Shown here one piece after another: positions 28,567-37,948 of a stretch of 64,000 nt of DNA (the stretch's first letter is position 1; every line of letters begins with the position of its first letter). Under the pieces are notes generated by a model that ran no database searches, was not told where the DNA came from, and saw only the letters and a list, made by a program, of their open reading frames with translations. Made by a program: the position numbers and the translations under genes. The stretch covers positions 32,001 to 96,000 of the forward strand of contig CAVQJC010000017.1 of the NCBI GenBank assembly GCA_963712745.1. Direction: 5' to 3'. Origin of the DNA: an uncultured Chloroflexia bacterium (GTDB taxonomy: Bacteria > Chloroflexota > Limnocylindria > Limnocylindrales > CSP1-4).

Positions 28567-29330
28567 AGTGGCTCGTCCGACTCTATCCCGCCGCCTGGCG
28601 CGAGCGCTACGGCGACGAGATGGAGGCGCTCCTCGCGGAGCGTCCGCTCGGGCCATTCGACGTGGTCGATCTCTTCCTGGGGGCGTTCGACGCCCACCTG
28701 CACCTGCGCGGCCTCGGACACGCATCCGAGCATGAGAAAGGGTTCACCATGTCTCTGCGAAACGCAGGCATCGCCGCCATCATCGGTGGCACCTTCTGGG
28801 GGCTCACCTGGGTCCTCATCTTCCTGGACGATCTCGTCGGTGCCGGCGACGGCAACGTCCCGGTGGCCTTCCTGACGATCTCCATCGCCGCCATCGCTAC
28901 GCTCGCCGCGCTCGCGGGCCTGAGCGCCGTCCAGGCGCGCGTCCACCGACGGACGACCTGGCTGAGCTTCCTGGCTCCGGCCGCCGGTTTGGCCCTCGTC
29001 CTCGTCGGGTTCCTCGCCATGCCAGTGGCCGACATCTTCTGGACCGTCGGCATGAGCGGGCTGCTGCTCTACATGGTCGGCGTCGCCGTGTTCGGAGTCG
29101 TCACCTTCGCGACCGGCGTCTTCCGCCGCCCGCCGCCGGCGCTCATCGCGGCTGGTGGCATCGTCGGAGGCGCCGCATTCCTGGGGCTGCTGGGGACCGG
29201 CGGCGCCGATGTCCCGATGTGGGTCGCTTTGCTCGGTGTCCTCGTGATGTCGGTGGGCTGGATCCTCATGGGGGTCGATGTGGTCCGGCGTGGTCGCTCG
29301 ACGATGGCCGCGGGTCCGGCGCCGGCCTGA
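28563..29330 (+). CDS. PadR-associated integral membrane protein
   Basis: MKWLVRLYPAAWRERYGDEM N-terminus followed by about six TM helices. Confidence 0.85.
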   Translation: MKWLVRLYPAAWRERYGDEMEALLAERPLGPFDVVDLFLGAFDAHLHLRGLGHASEHEKGFTMSLRNAGIAAIIGGTFWGLTWVLIFLDDLVGAGDGNVPVAFLTISIAAIATLAALAGLSAVQARVHRRTTWLSFLAPAAGLALVLVGFLAMPVADIFWTVGMSGLLLYMVGVAVFGVVTFATGVFRRPPPALIAAGGIVGGAAFLGLLGTGGADVPMWVALLGVLVMSVGWILMGVDVVRRGRSTMAAGPAPA

Positions 29331-29417
29331 GCGCCGCCAAGGCACGGACGAGCGCCCGTACCGACCCATCGGTGCGGGCGCATCGCCTAGGTCTGTCGCT
29401 CGCCGTCCGCTTCGCAC

Positions 29418-29546
29418 GGCGTGACCAGAATCGCGAAACTCGGCCGCGCGTGCAGCACGCTACGGGGTCCCCCGGCGCCCATGTCAGCGCCCTGTGGGTA
29501 CCCCTGGGTCAGCGCCCGGGTCGACGCCGGGCTCAGCGCCGCCGCG
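29418..29546 (+). repeat. cos-like repeat A, copy 2
   Basis: Matches copy 1; boxes at 29484, 29509, 29521 and 29533; the last is CTCAGCGCCGCCGC, identical to the HNH gene 3' end. Confidence 0.85.
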
Positions 29547-29594
29547 AGCACGGCTCGGCGGGTGATCGTACGGACAGAGGAGGAGGAGTAGCCG

Positions 29595-30878
29595 TCAGCT
29601 ACGAGGTCGCCTCCTCGGTGCCGGGGCTGGGCACGAGACCTCGTCCTCTGCGTCGGCACTCACCTTTGGCTCGGGCTCGTTGTCGGCGTTGGCGAGCGGG
29701 GCTTCAGAGCCTAGGAGACCGGGTGCGGCCAAGACCATGTTCACGAACTCGATGGCACCTGGGACGCGGCCATCCTCACTGGTGAGGCTGACATCGCCGT
29801 TGTAGCTCTGACCGATAGGTGTCGTGAAGAACGGACCGGTGTATGTGATCCCGTCAGCGTCTGCGGCGGGAAAGCCGTCCCTCGTGCGCAGTTCCGACAC
29901 CCACCAGTCGGTCTCGTCAGCGGCGAGGTAGAGGTTCAGACGCTGCTCGACACCCTGCTCTTCCCAGACGATCTCAAGCGTTCGGTAGGCGGCGTTGCCC
30001 GGATCGGAGTGGATGTCCCACGTGAAGACACCCTCACCGGTAACGGTCGTGTCACCCTGGTGGATGCGCATCGCGTCTGCTGTGAGGGAGACCAGCCCGC
30101 TGTCCCAGCCGATAGCGGCTGACGACACGTCTGAGGTTGCGACAGCCTCCGTCTTTGCCTCTCGCCCGTCAGTGACGCTGACTGCCACAGCCTCGGGGCC
30201 GCCGATGCCCGGCACGGTCAAGGTGACATCCTGGAGCTCGAGCGTGCCGGGGACACGGCCATCCTCGCTCGCGAGGCTGATGTCGCCCCTGTAGCTCTCA
30301 CCGATGGGTGTCGTGAAGAACGGACCGGTGTAGGTGATCCAGTCGGCATCGGGAAAGCCGTCCCTCGTGCGCAGCTCGCTGACCCACCAGTCGGTGTCGT
30401 CGGCGGCGAAGTAGAGGAAGAGCCGCTGCTCGACATCCTGCTCCTGCCACTCGACCTGGAGCGTTCGGTAGGCGGCATCGCCCGGGTCGGAGTGAACACC
30501 CCAGGCGAGGACATTCTCGCCGGTGAAGACCTCGTCACCCTCCGTGATGCGCATCGCGGAGGCGGTCAGCTGGACCAGTCCGCTGTCCCAGCCGATGGCC
30601 GCCATCGGCTCCTCCGAAGCCGGAGCGCCGGCCGGTCCGGGCGTGGTTGGTGACAGGGCATTCAGGAGCAACGCGCCGGCGACGACGGAGCCGATGGCGG
30701 CGGTGACGATGAACATGGCGTGGGATCTCCTTGCTGGCTGCTCGGGTCCTTGGCGCAGGCCGATACGAGCGGACACCGGCTGCGGCGCGTCCGCTGCAGC
30801 GCGTCGCTCGATCTCTGGCCAGAGGTCGGGGGCTTCGATATCGTCGAGAGCCGTGAGCCGGGAACGAAGGTCATCCAT
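29595..30878 (-). CDS. Putative anti-sigma factor with two tandem ~125-aa extracellular repeats
   Basis: APDLWPEIERR, TM helix, duplicated AAIGWDSGLV..HSDPG..WWVSELRTRDGFP..EDGRVPG. Confidence 0.8.
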   Translation of the reverse strand: MDDLRSRLTALDDIEAPDLWPEIERRAAADAPQPVSARIGLRQGPEQPARRSHAMFIVTAAIGSVVAGALLLNALSPTTPGPAGAPASEEPMAAIGWDSGLVQLTASAMRITEGDEVFTGENVLAWGVHSDPGDAAYRTLQVEWQEQDVEQRLFLYFAADDTDWWVSELRTRDGFPDADWITYTGPFFTTPIGESYRGDISLASEDGRVPGTLELQDVTLTVPGIGGPEAVAVSVTDGREAKTEAVATSDVSSAAIGWDSGLVSLTADAMRIHQGDTTVTGEGVFTWDIHSDPGNAAYRTLEIVWEEQGVEQRLNLYLAADETDWWVSELRTRDGFPAADADGITYTGPFFTTPIGQSYNGDVSLTSEDGRVPGAIEFVNMVLAAPGLLGSEAPLANADNEPEPKVSADAEDEVSCPAPAPRRRPRS

Positions 30879-31350
30879 CGTCGGTCTCCAGGAGCGTGCG
30901 CAACCGCCTGCGTGCCCGCATCAGCGACACCTTCACGGCGGCGCTGGTGCTGCCCATCACGCGTGCGACATCTCGGATGGGCAGGTCGGCGTAGTAGTGA
31001 AGGACGACAGCGGCGCGCTGTCCGTCCGAGAGCCTCGAGAGCGCCTGGCTCAACTCGCTCGGCACATCGGGCAGCCCATACGACTGCTCCGGGTAGATGC
31101 TGCTGACACGGCTCCGTTCCTTGAGGCTGCCGGCCGCGATGCGGTAGGCGGTGTGCCAGATCCATCGCTCGGGGTCACGCAGAGCCGACCCGCGCCGCAA
31201 TGCCTGGGCGAAGGCCTCGGCGATGGCGTCCTCGGTGATGTCGGCGTCGCCGGTGTAGGCCAGCAGGCTCCGCCACAGGCGTTGCCGGTGCGCGCGATAC
31301 ACAGCCTCGATGGCGGTGCTCTCTCTCGGTATCTCGAGTGTCACTTGCAT
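30871..31350 (-). CDS. ECF sigma factor
   Basis: TEDAIAEAFAQAL, WIWHTAYR, LSDGQRAAVVLHYYADL. Confidence 0.9.
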   Translation of the reverse strand: MQVTLEIPRESTAIEAVYRAHRQRLWRSLLAYTGDADITEDAIAEAFAQALRRGSALRDPERWIWHTAYRIAAGSLKERSRVSSIYPEQSYGLPDVPSELSQALSRLSDGQRAAVVLHYYADLPIRDVARVMGSTSAAVKVSLMRARRRLRTLLETDDG

Positions 31351-32014
31351 CTCACCCTGTAGGGGCGTGCTTGGGCCCGAAAGGTAACAACGGATGTGAT
31401 CGGTCTGTCTGTGATCGACTCGGACCATGGCGGCCGCGGAGCGATCGAGTCCGGGCTCGCGTCGATCGCCGGCTTCCTTGGCTCCCTTGGCCTACGCAGG
31501 CGGCGGTTGCCGATCGTTGTTCGTTTCCGTCACCGTCGTGCCGCAGCGGGATCGACGGAGTCGCTGCCTGTCGCTGCCGCTGCGTTGGCGGACGTCGCGG
31601 CGTCGGGGGAGGGACCGAGCTCCTCGCCCTCGAAACCGCCCCGATCCGTTCCGCAGGCACTTGGGAGCTCCGCAGGGACAGGGACCGCAAGGGCGCGGAG
31701 CTGGTCTTGAGGCTCACCATGTCACTAGCCGTCTGAGTCGGCCTGCGCGAAGCCTGGCCACCACTCGGGTACTGGGGCCACGCTGCCCCGGACCGCTCGA
31801 GCTATCGGCGCGTCCACCCAGCATCGCAAGGCGTGCACCGTGCTTCGCCATGGCCATCAACGGCGCTGCCCTCTGGCTTCGACATGAAGCCGTGACCGCC
31901 AGGGCCCGCCCCGTGCTCGGTGTCATCACGACATCTCGACTGCCACGTGGAACAATGGTCCATCATGGGCGGGTGAGGGGGCCTGGCACCGCGCCACATT
32001 CGGAGGAGGCTCGA

Positions 32015-32788
32015 ATGGCGACAGATACCAAGTCAAGGCCGGCGTGGGTCGAGCTGGCGACCGACGACCCGGGGGCAGCGCGCGAGTTCTACCGCCAGCT
32101 GCTCGGCTGGGACGTCGTGGTCTCGGACGATCCGCAGTACGGCGGCTACGCCATGGCGCGCCTGTCCGACGGCGAGGGCGATGTGGCCGGTATCACCGCC
32201 AAGATGATGCCCGAGGCGCCAACTGCGTGGACCCTCTATATCGGCACCGATGACGCCGCAGCATTAGGCGACGCAGTGCAGGCTGCCGGTGGCACGGTGA
32301 TGGCGCCGGCCTTCGATGTGGGCGACATGGGACGGATGGCGGTCTTCGCGGACCCCACCGGTGCGCTGTTCTCGGCCTGGCAGGCAGCCGGGCCGCGCAG
32401 CTTCCGTACCGGCGACGTCGGCGCCATGGGCTGGGCCGAACTCAGCTCGCGCGACATCGACAAGGCGAAGGGCTTCTACGGCCAGGTCTTCGGCTGGGCC
32501 GCGGAGACCTCCCCGATGGGCGAGGGGCAGCCCGACTACACCACCTTCATGGTCGGGGACGAGGGCATCCTTGGCGGCATGGAGATGATGCCGACGGTGC
32601 CCGCCGAGGTGCCGAGCTACTGGATGGTGTATTTCAACGTCCCCGACGTTGACGCCGCGTTCACGAAGGCCATCGAGTTGGGCGCCACTGAAACGGTGGC
32701 TCCATCACCCATGCCGGGTGGTCGCTTCGCGATCGTGAACGATCCGCAGGGCGCCATGTTCGGGCTGCTGAAGACCGACCAGGGCTGA
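32015..32788 (+). CDS. Two-domain VOC family protein
   Basis: GGAGGAGG RBS; PAWVELAT and MGWAELSS domains, each with DP.GA. Confidence 0.95.
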   Translation: MATDTKSRPAWVELATDDPGAAREFYRQLLGWDVVVSDDPQYGGYAMARLSDGEGDVAGITAKMMPEAPTAWTLYIGTDDAAALGDAVQAAGGTVMAPAFDVGDMGRMAVFADPTGALFSAWQAAGPRSFRTGDVGAMGWAELSSRDIDKAKGFYGQVFGWAAETSPMGEGQPDYTTFMVGDEGILGGMEMMPTVPAEVPSYWMVYFNVPDVDAAFTKAIELGATETVAPSPMPGGRFAIVNDPQGAMFGLLKTDQG

Positions 32789-33200
32789 CGAGGGCGGTTT
32801 CGCCGGTCCGAGGGGACATGACGGCCGTGACACCGCTGCCTCTACTGGATCTCCGGGCCGCCGTAGGAAGTGGAAGCTCCCCCCGGGCTTGCAGCAACGT
32901 GGAAGAAGAAGGTCTTCGGCGGAGCGTCCCCCGGGACGACTTGACCCGGGGGACGAGCTACAAGGCTTGACCTTCCCCTGCATCTCGGTGAAGACCTCGT
33001 TCATGCGTGCTTGGCTTCGGCGTCGTGGCGGAGGTGTTCGCCCGCCAGCTGGGCCTCGACCCCGGTCGACGTCGAGCTGGCTTCGGGAGCGGCTGGCTAG
33101 GAGGATGGTGTGAAATAGCCCGTCCACGCGCTTGCGCTACCGGCTGCAAGCGTCGAGTACCCCCGCGCAAGGCCCGTAGCTGCGTGGTCACCCTCGAAGT

Positions 33201-33241
33201 GGTCCGTGGCGCCCATCTCAACGCCCTGTGATGCCCCCGCC
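33201..33241 (+). repeat. cos-like repeat A, degenerate partial copy abutting HNH
   Basis: GGTCCGTGGCGCCCATCTCAACGCCCTGTG versus GGTCCCCGGGCGCCCATGTCAGCGCCCTGTG. Confidence 0.65.
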
Positions 33242-33480
33242 TCAGCGCCGCCGCTGGCTCAACCCCTTGCGCGCGTTGCAGCTCGGGCCGAGCACGCCGG
33301 GCTGGGTGGGCAGCGGCTCACCACCGAGGACGAGCGGCACCGGATGGTCGGCCGCGAGCTCGCCGGGCCGCACCGGATGGGGCGGGTGGTGCCGCCCGGG
33401 GACGTCCAGCCGTGGACCGCGACGTGCGCCTCGACCGTCCGCTTCGCAGGACGTCGCCAGGCGGACGTCCGTCGCACGGC
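33242..33480 (-). pseudogene. HNH endonuclease, copy 1 (frameshifted, 5'-truncated)
   Basis: WRRPAKRTVEAHVAVHGWT / ADHPVPLVLGGE..SCNARKGLSQRRR*. Confidence 0.8.
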
Positions 33481-33780
33481 ACCATCACCGGCTGCACCGT
33501 GGCTGCGCCCGGCACCACCACCCCCTGGGGTGACGGCCAGCAGATCCGCGACCGGGTCGAGGAGTGCACCTTCGTGGAGGGCCCGGAGTCGGGCTGGGCC
33601 TTCGGTGACCCGCGACTCGCGGGGACGAGCACGAACCGCATCGACATCGACATCACCTCCGGTATGGAGGGGATGTTCGATCTGCTCCATGCGCCCTGGG
33701 CCGTGCGCTGGGGGACCATGGAGATCGCAGGGCCGGATGGGGCCTGGGTCGGTCCATGGGTCGCGCCGGTTCTTCCAAGA
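33480..33780 (+). pseudogene. Internal fragment of a DPRLxG-domain secreted protein
   Basis: FGDPRLAGT..WGTMEIAGPDGAWVG. Confidence 0.55.
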
Positions 33781-34201
33781 CAGCGACGGGGTGCGCGAGA
33801 TCATCGCCGCCAACGAGGGTGCCGTCGGCCCGGAGTTCCAGTTCATCCCTGCCGACTACACGGACCCCTTGCCGCTCGAAGCCGAGAGTTACGATCTGCT
33901 GCTGTCACTCTACGCCGGCCCGGTGTCGCGGTAGTGCACGGGTTATCTCCGCATCGGGGGGATGCTGCTGGCGAACCCCAGCCATGGCGACGTGGCCCTC
34001 GCGTCGGTCGATCCTCACTACGAGCTCACCGGCGTCATCAGTTACCTGCATGGTGGATACCGCTATACGAGCGGTGAGCTCGAGACCTACCTGGTCCCGA
34101 GGATGCTGGTCGAGGACATCGCCGAGCTGGTCGAACGCACGGGCCGTGGCATCGCGTACACGAGGTCCCCGTTCGCCTACCTCTTCCGTCGCGTGCGCTG
34201 A
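33770..34201 (+). pseudogene. SAM-dependent methyltransferase-like fragment with an in-frame stop
   Basis: ADYTDPLPLEAESYDLLLSLYAG..*..LRIGGMLLANPSHGD. Confidence 0.55.
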
Positions 34202-34223
34202 CCGAGCCACCCCGATGGACATC

Positions 34224-34309
34224 GCGCCACGCCGGCGCCCCGTCGCGCCCGTGCGCGAGGTGGGCATGTTGCGGTGCCAGCGACCTTCGGAGCAGCCCAG
34301 CCGCAAGGA
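34224..34309 (+). repeat. Repeat E copy 2 plus a 19-bp family C scrap
   Basis: 34224..34259 matches 6121..6156; 34291..34309 is identical to 27219..27237. Confidence 0.7.
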
Positions 34310-34367
34310 TCGACGCCCGGTGCCCCTCGGCGCGAAAGGGGCTCCAGCGCTCTGTGGCGGCCCTGTC

Positions 34368-35408
34368 TCAGGGGCCGGTCTCGCCAGGCACTGCCAGCTG
34401 GGCCAGGGTCCCGATGAGCCGGGCCGTGACGAAGGGGCTGCCACGCCGCGTGCTGCGCCGCTCGAATGCCGGCATATCAGGCGGGGGGAAGGACGCGCGC
34501 AGCGGCCACGACCCATCGGGTGATTGGGTCCTCGCGAGGCGCTCGATGGCCGGCTGCACGCGCTCGTCCGCGAGGCCCGGCATAGCCACCAGGTCGAGGA
34601 CCTCAAGGAGGTCCGTGTGCCAGTCGAGCGGGAAGGCGGGCTCGAGCCACCGTTCCGCCTGGGCACGTGTGCCGCCGAGGGACATGACCGTCCCGTCGCG
34701 GCGATACAGCAGTCGACGCTCGAGGAACACCTCGCGGACCGCGTCGAGCATCTCGGTGGCTCGCTGGTCGGCTGACCGCTCGAGCCAGCGGCGGAGAGCG
34801 TGGCCGACCTTGACCAGGCCGATGAGGCAGGTGGTACCGGCCATGCACCCGCCGTAGCGGGTACGCAGCCGCTCGTCCCACAGCACCGTCGCCTCATGCC
34901 GCCGTGACCGGCCTCCGGCCCGCACCTCCTGGTGGCGCAGGATCCACTCGACCTGGGGCTCGGCGAGGTCGGCACGTCCCCCGCGCAGGTACGTCTCCCC
35001 CGCGATGCCCACGTAGCAGCTGAGCACGCCGCCATCGCTGCCATCGACCGAGAAGACCCCCGCGCCGGTATGAGCTCGATCGGCAAGGAAGCCGGCACCG
35101 GCGCGCCAGCCATCATCGCCGTCGTCGATCCCGAGCTCAGCCAGCAACTTGACCACCCAGAGCGTCGGGAGGATGCGCGACCGGGCCTCGGGAGGCTGGC
35201 CCCAGCTGCCATCGGGACGCTGGCGTGCGAACGCTTCCTCGACGGTGGCCGAACCGACGACGCGCGCCCACGCGCTGGCGATGTCCTCGGGTCCGCCACC
35301 GTCGAGTCGCGCGACGAGGAGCGCGGTGCGTGGGTCGGGGTGCTCGCGCAGCCACGTGCGTGCGGCTTCGAGCCGTGGCCAGGTCATGCCTCCCATGTCC
35401 GGCATCAT
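34368..35408 (-). CDS. Prenyltransferase/squalene-cyclase QW-repeat-like protein
   Basis: QRPDGSWG and QSPDGSWPL repeats. Confidence 0.7.
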   Translation of the reverse strand: MMPDMGGMTWPRLEAARTWLREHPDPRTALLVARLDGGGPEDIASAWARVVGSATVEEAFARQRPDGSWGQPPEARSRILPTLWVVKLLAELGIDDGDDGWRAGAGFLADRAHTGAGVFSVDGSDGGVLSCYVGIAGETYLRGGRADLAEPQVEWILRHQEVRAGGRSRRHEATVLWDERLRTRYGGCMAGTTCLIGLVKVGHALRRWLERSADQRATEMLDAVREVFLERRLLYRRDGTVMSLGGTRAQAERWLEPAFPLDWHTDLLEVLDLVAMPGLADERVQPAIERLARTQSPDGSWPLRASFPPPDMPAFERRSTRRGSPFVTARLIGTLAQLAVPGETGP

Positions 35409-35425
35409 CGGTCCCCCCTGCAGCT

Positions 35426-35580
35426 CGCGTGACCGAGTTTCGCCGATATTGACCAGAATCGGGAATTCTCGGCCGCGTGCGTAACACGCTACGGGGTCCC
35501 CGGGCGCCCACGTCAGCGCCATGTGGGTACCCTGGGTCAGCGCCCATTGCGAAGCCCAGGCCAGCGCCCGCGTCAGCGCC
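35426..35580 (+). repeat. cos-like repeat A, copy 3, with an extra inverted half-site
   Basis: Core at 35450..35545; boxes at 35513, 35537, 35561 and 35573; 35426..35444 is an inverted copy of the GGCGAAACTCGG(C/T)C arm. Confidence 0.85.
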
Positions 35581-35605
35581 AGCCGGGTTGTCGACGAAAT
35601 CGGAA

Positions 35606-35631
35606 GGAACGGCTGGGCACTCTGCACCGTA
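35606..35631 (+). promoter_or_regulatory. Candidate ECF autoregulatory promoter
   Basis: GGAAC-N17-CGTA upstream of the ECF gene. Confidence 0.5.
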
Positions 35632-35676
35632 GTGTATGAAGGCGCCCACCAAGGCGGCGCCACCAGCGGAGTCAGA

Positions 35677-36237
35677 GTGGACACCGACCTCGTCCGCAGT
35701 GCGATGCGGGGGGACGAGCGGGCCTTCACCGAGATCGTGAACAGCGTGGCCGACCGCTTCCTCGGCGTGGCCCACCGCATCCTGCGGGACGTCGCGCTGG
35801 CCGAAGACGCGGTCCAGCAGACCCTGCTCAGCGCATGGCGAGACCTGCCTGACCTTCGCGATCCGGCGAGCTTCGACGGCTGGGCCTACCGCATCCTGGT
35901 CCACGCCTGCTACATGGAGGCACGCAAGCGCAAGCGCTGGCATCCAGCGACGATCGTCCGGTCGATCGCGGAGCCGGCCGCCCCGGACCTCATCGGCGGC
36001 ATCATCGAACGGGAGCGATTGGAGCGGGCCTTCGAGCGTCTGTCGGTCGATCACCGCGCGGTGCTGGTCCTCACCTACTACCTGGACCTGCCATCCGAGC
36101 AGGTCGCCCAAGCCCTCGACGTCCCGGTCGGGACGGTCCACTCCCGGCTCCACCGAGCCCAGCAGGCGCTCCGTGGTGCCCTCGAGGCGGACGGGCGTGT
36201 GCTACCGGCAACACCCACGACACAGGCGATCGAATGA
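35677..36237 (+). CDS. ECF sigma factor
   Basis: GDERAF, AEDAVQQTL, FDGWAYRI, GTVHSRLHRA. Confidence 0.92.
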   Translation: MDTDLVRSAMRGDERAFTEIVNSVADRFLGVAHRILRDVALAEDAVQQTLLSAWRDLPDLRDPASFDGWAYRILVHACYMEARKRKRWHPATIVRSIAEPAAPDLIGGIIERERLERAFERLSVDHRAVLVLTYYLDLPSEQVAQALDVPVGTVHSRLHRAQQALRGALEADGRVLPATPTTQAIE

Positions 36238-37067
36238 ATGACCAGCACATGACCGACAAGGAGATGGACGCGGTGCTGCGGACGTGGACGCCTGACGCGC
36301 CCACCGGGCATCCCGACCGCAGCCGCGTCGTCGGCAACGTCGTTCGCCAGCTTCACTCGACACGCCGACGCCGACGCCGCTGGTGGCTGACCGTGGCGTT
36401 CCGAGGAATGGCCGGCGCCCCCAAGGACGCCGAGAGGCATCACGACCCAGCCAGTCCCGTCCCGGCCACGGGCGGCCACACCCCCACCGTCATCGGGAGG
36501 ACCCAGTCCATGCTCAGCCCAGTCAAGGCCATCACCGCTGGTGCTCTCGTCTTCGCCATCGGAGGCGTGATGCTCATCGCCCAGCCATTCGACCGACCGT
36601 CGGTCGTCCCCGGCGCTGCTACTGACGACTCGCCCGCCGCTCCGGTGGCCGTGACCGCCACCAGCTACGCGGGGGGCTGCCCGGGCGTCGAGACGACCGA
36701 GACCATCGGCATCATCGAGCGCACCACCGGTGGCTACTGCAACCCCACGTGGGACTGGAGCGATGACCGGCTCGACGGCAAGGTGACCTGGGCGTCGAAC
36801 AGCGACGTCTACACCGACGGAAGCGGCCTGACCATCGAGATGCTCGCCCTGAGCTTCGAGAACGACGAGGGTGCCTGGCGCATGCGCCCGCTGCCATTCC
36901 TCGGGTTTCCGGATGCCCTGGAGACCGGCCCCGACGTCTGGATCCTGGACGGTGAGAGCGCCTACGAGGGGCTCACCGCCGTCCTCGTGGTCGACGGCTA
37001 CACTCCCCACGGCTTCATCATCGACAGCGATCTGCCGCCCGTGCCGGATAACGCCTCTACGAAGTAG
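36234..37067 (+). CDS. Putative anti-sigma factor with an extracellular DPRLxG-type domain
   Basis: Coupled to the sigma gene; TM AITAGALVFAIGGVMLIA; DDRLDG..GAW..SAYEGLTA. Confidence 0.75.
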   Translation: MNDQHMTDKEMDAVLRTWTPDAPTGHPDRSRVVGNVVRQLHSTRRRRRRWWLTVAFRGMAGAPKDAERHHDPASPVPATGGHTPTVIGRTQSMLSPVKAITAGALVFAIGGVMLIAQPFDRPSVVPGAATDDSPAAPVAVTATSYAGGCPGVETTETIGIIERTTGGYCNPTWDWSDDRLDGKVTWASNSDVYTDGSGLTIEMLALSFENDEGAWRMRPLPFLGFPDALETGPDVWILDGESAYEGLTAVLVVDGYTPHGFIIDSDLPPVPDNASTK

Positions 37068-37110
37068 CGCCTGATCGACCTTCGGGCCCCGCCCTGCCAC
37101 GGTCGACTGC

Positions 37111-37138
37111 GAGGCCCGTCCCGCGAGGGGCGGGCCTC
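37111..37138. terminator. Conserved REP-like hairpin F, copy 1
   Basis: GAGGCCCGTCCC-GCGA-GGGGCGGGCCTC. Confidence 0.7.
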
Positions 37139-37219
37139 TTCCCTGCCTGACGTGATTCCGAGGAGGCTCGGCGCTCCACCGGGGCTCCACCGTAGACGAG
37201 CCACATGAGTTCCTTCGCC

Positions 37220-37510
37220 TCAGCGCCGCCGCTGGCTCAACCCCTTCCGCGCGTTGCAGCTCGAGCAGAGCACGCCCGGCCGAGCCGGCAGCGGCTCGCC
37301 ACCGAGGACGAGCGGCAGCGGATGGTCGGCCGTGGGCTCGCCGGGTCGCACCGGATGGGGCTCCCGATGCCAGCCAGGACAGGTCCAGCCCTCGCGCGCG
37401 ACATGAGCCTCGACCGTCCGCTTCGCCAGACGACGCCAAGCTCTCGTGCGTCGGATCGGATGGTCGGGTGTCCGCCGGAAGCGGTTGGCGAAGCCCGGCA
37501 CCCGGACTCC
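37220..37510 (-). pseudogene. HNH endonuclease, copy 2 (5'-truncated)
   Basis: PGFANRFRRTPDHP..GWTCPGWH..ADHPLPLVLGGE..LCSSCNARKG. Confidence 0.85.
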
Positions 37511-37948
37511 GCCACGGGGGTACCGCCGGTTTCGCAGCCTCGAACTCGGCGCAGGCATCAACATGGCCGTGGCCCCGACGTGGCCCGTCAGGCTGCGGTC
37601 ACACGCGGCGCAGACGAGCAGCGTCGAGAGGGCGAACATGCGCCTCGACACCGGCCTCGATGCCGGCGCCAGCACTTGGCCCGGACGGCCGCCAACGTGT
37701 CCCAGAGCGATGCGACACCGCTGGCTCTGGAGGAGTAGCTCGCGGGCCCGCGGCATGGACGCCATCGTCGGCATCGGCGACAGACGCGGTCCACGGAGGC
37801 CGTACTTCTGCCGGCAGGACATGGCCCACTGGTTCGATGGTGGTCGGTGTGGGGTGGTTGGGTAGGCTGCGCTCCAGCCCGCCGAAGATGCGGGTGCGTA
37901 GGCCCCAGCCTGCGCCAGGACACACATCGTTTCGCATGGGGTAGCTCG

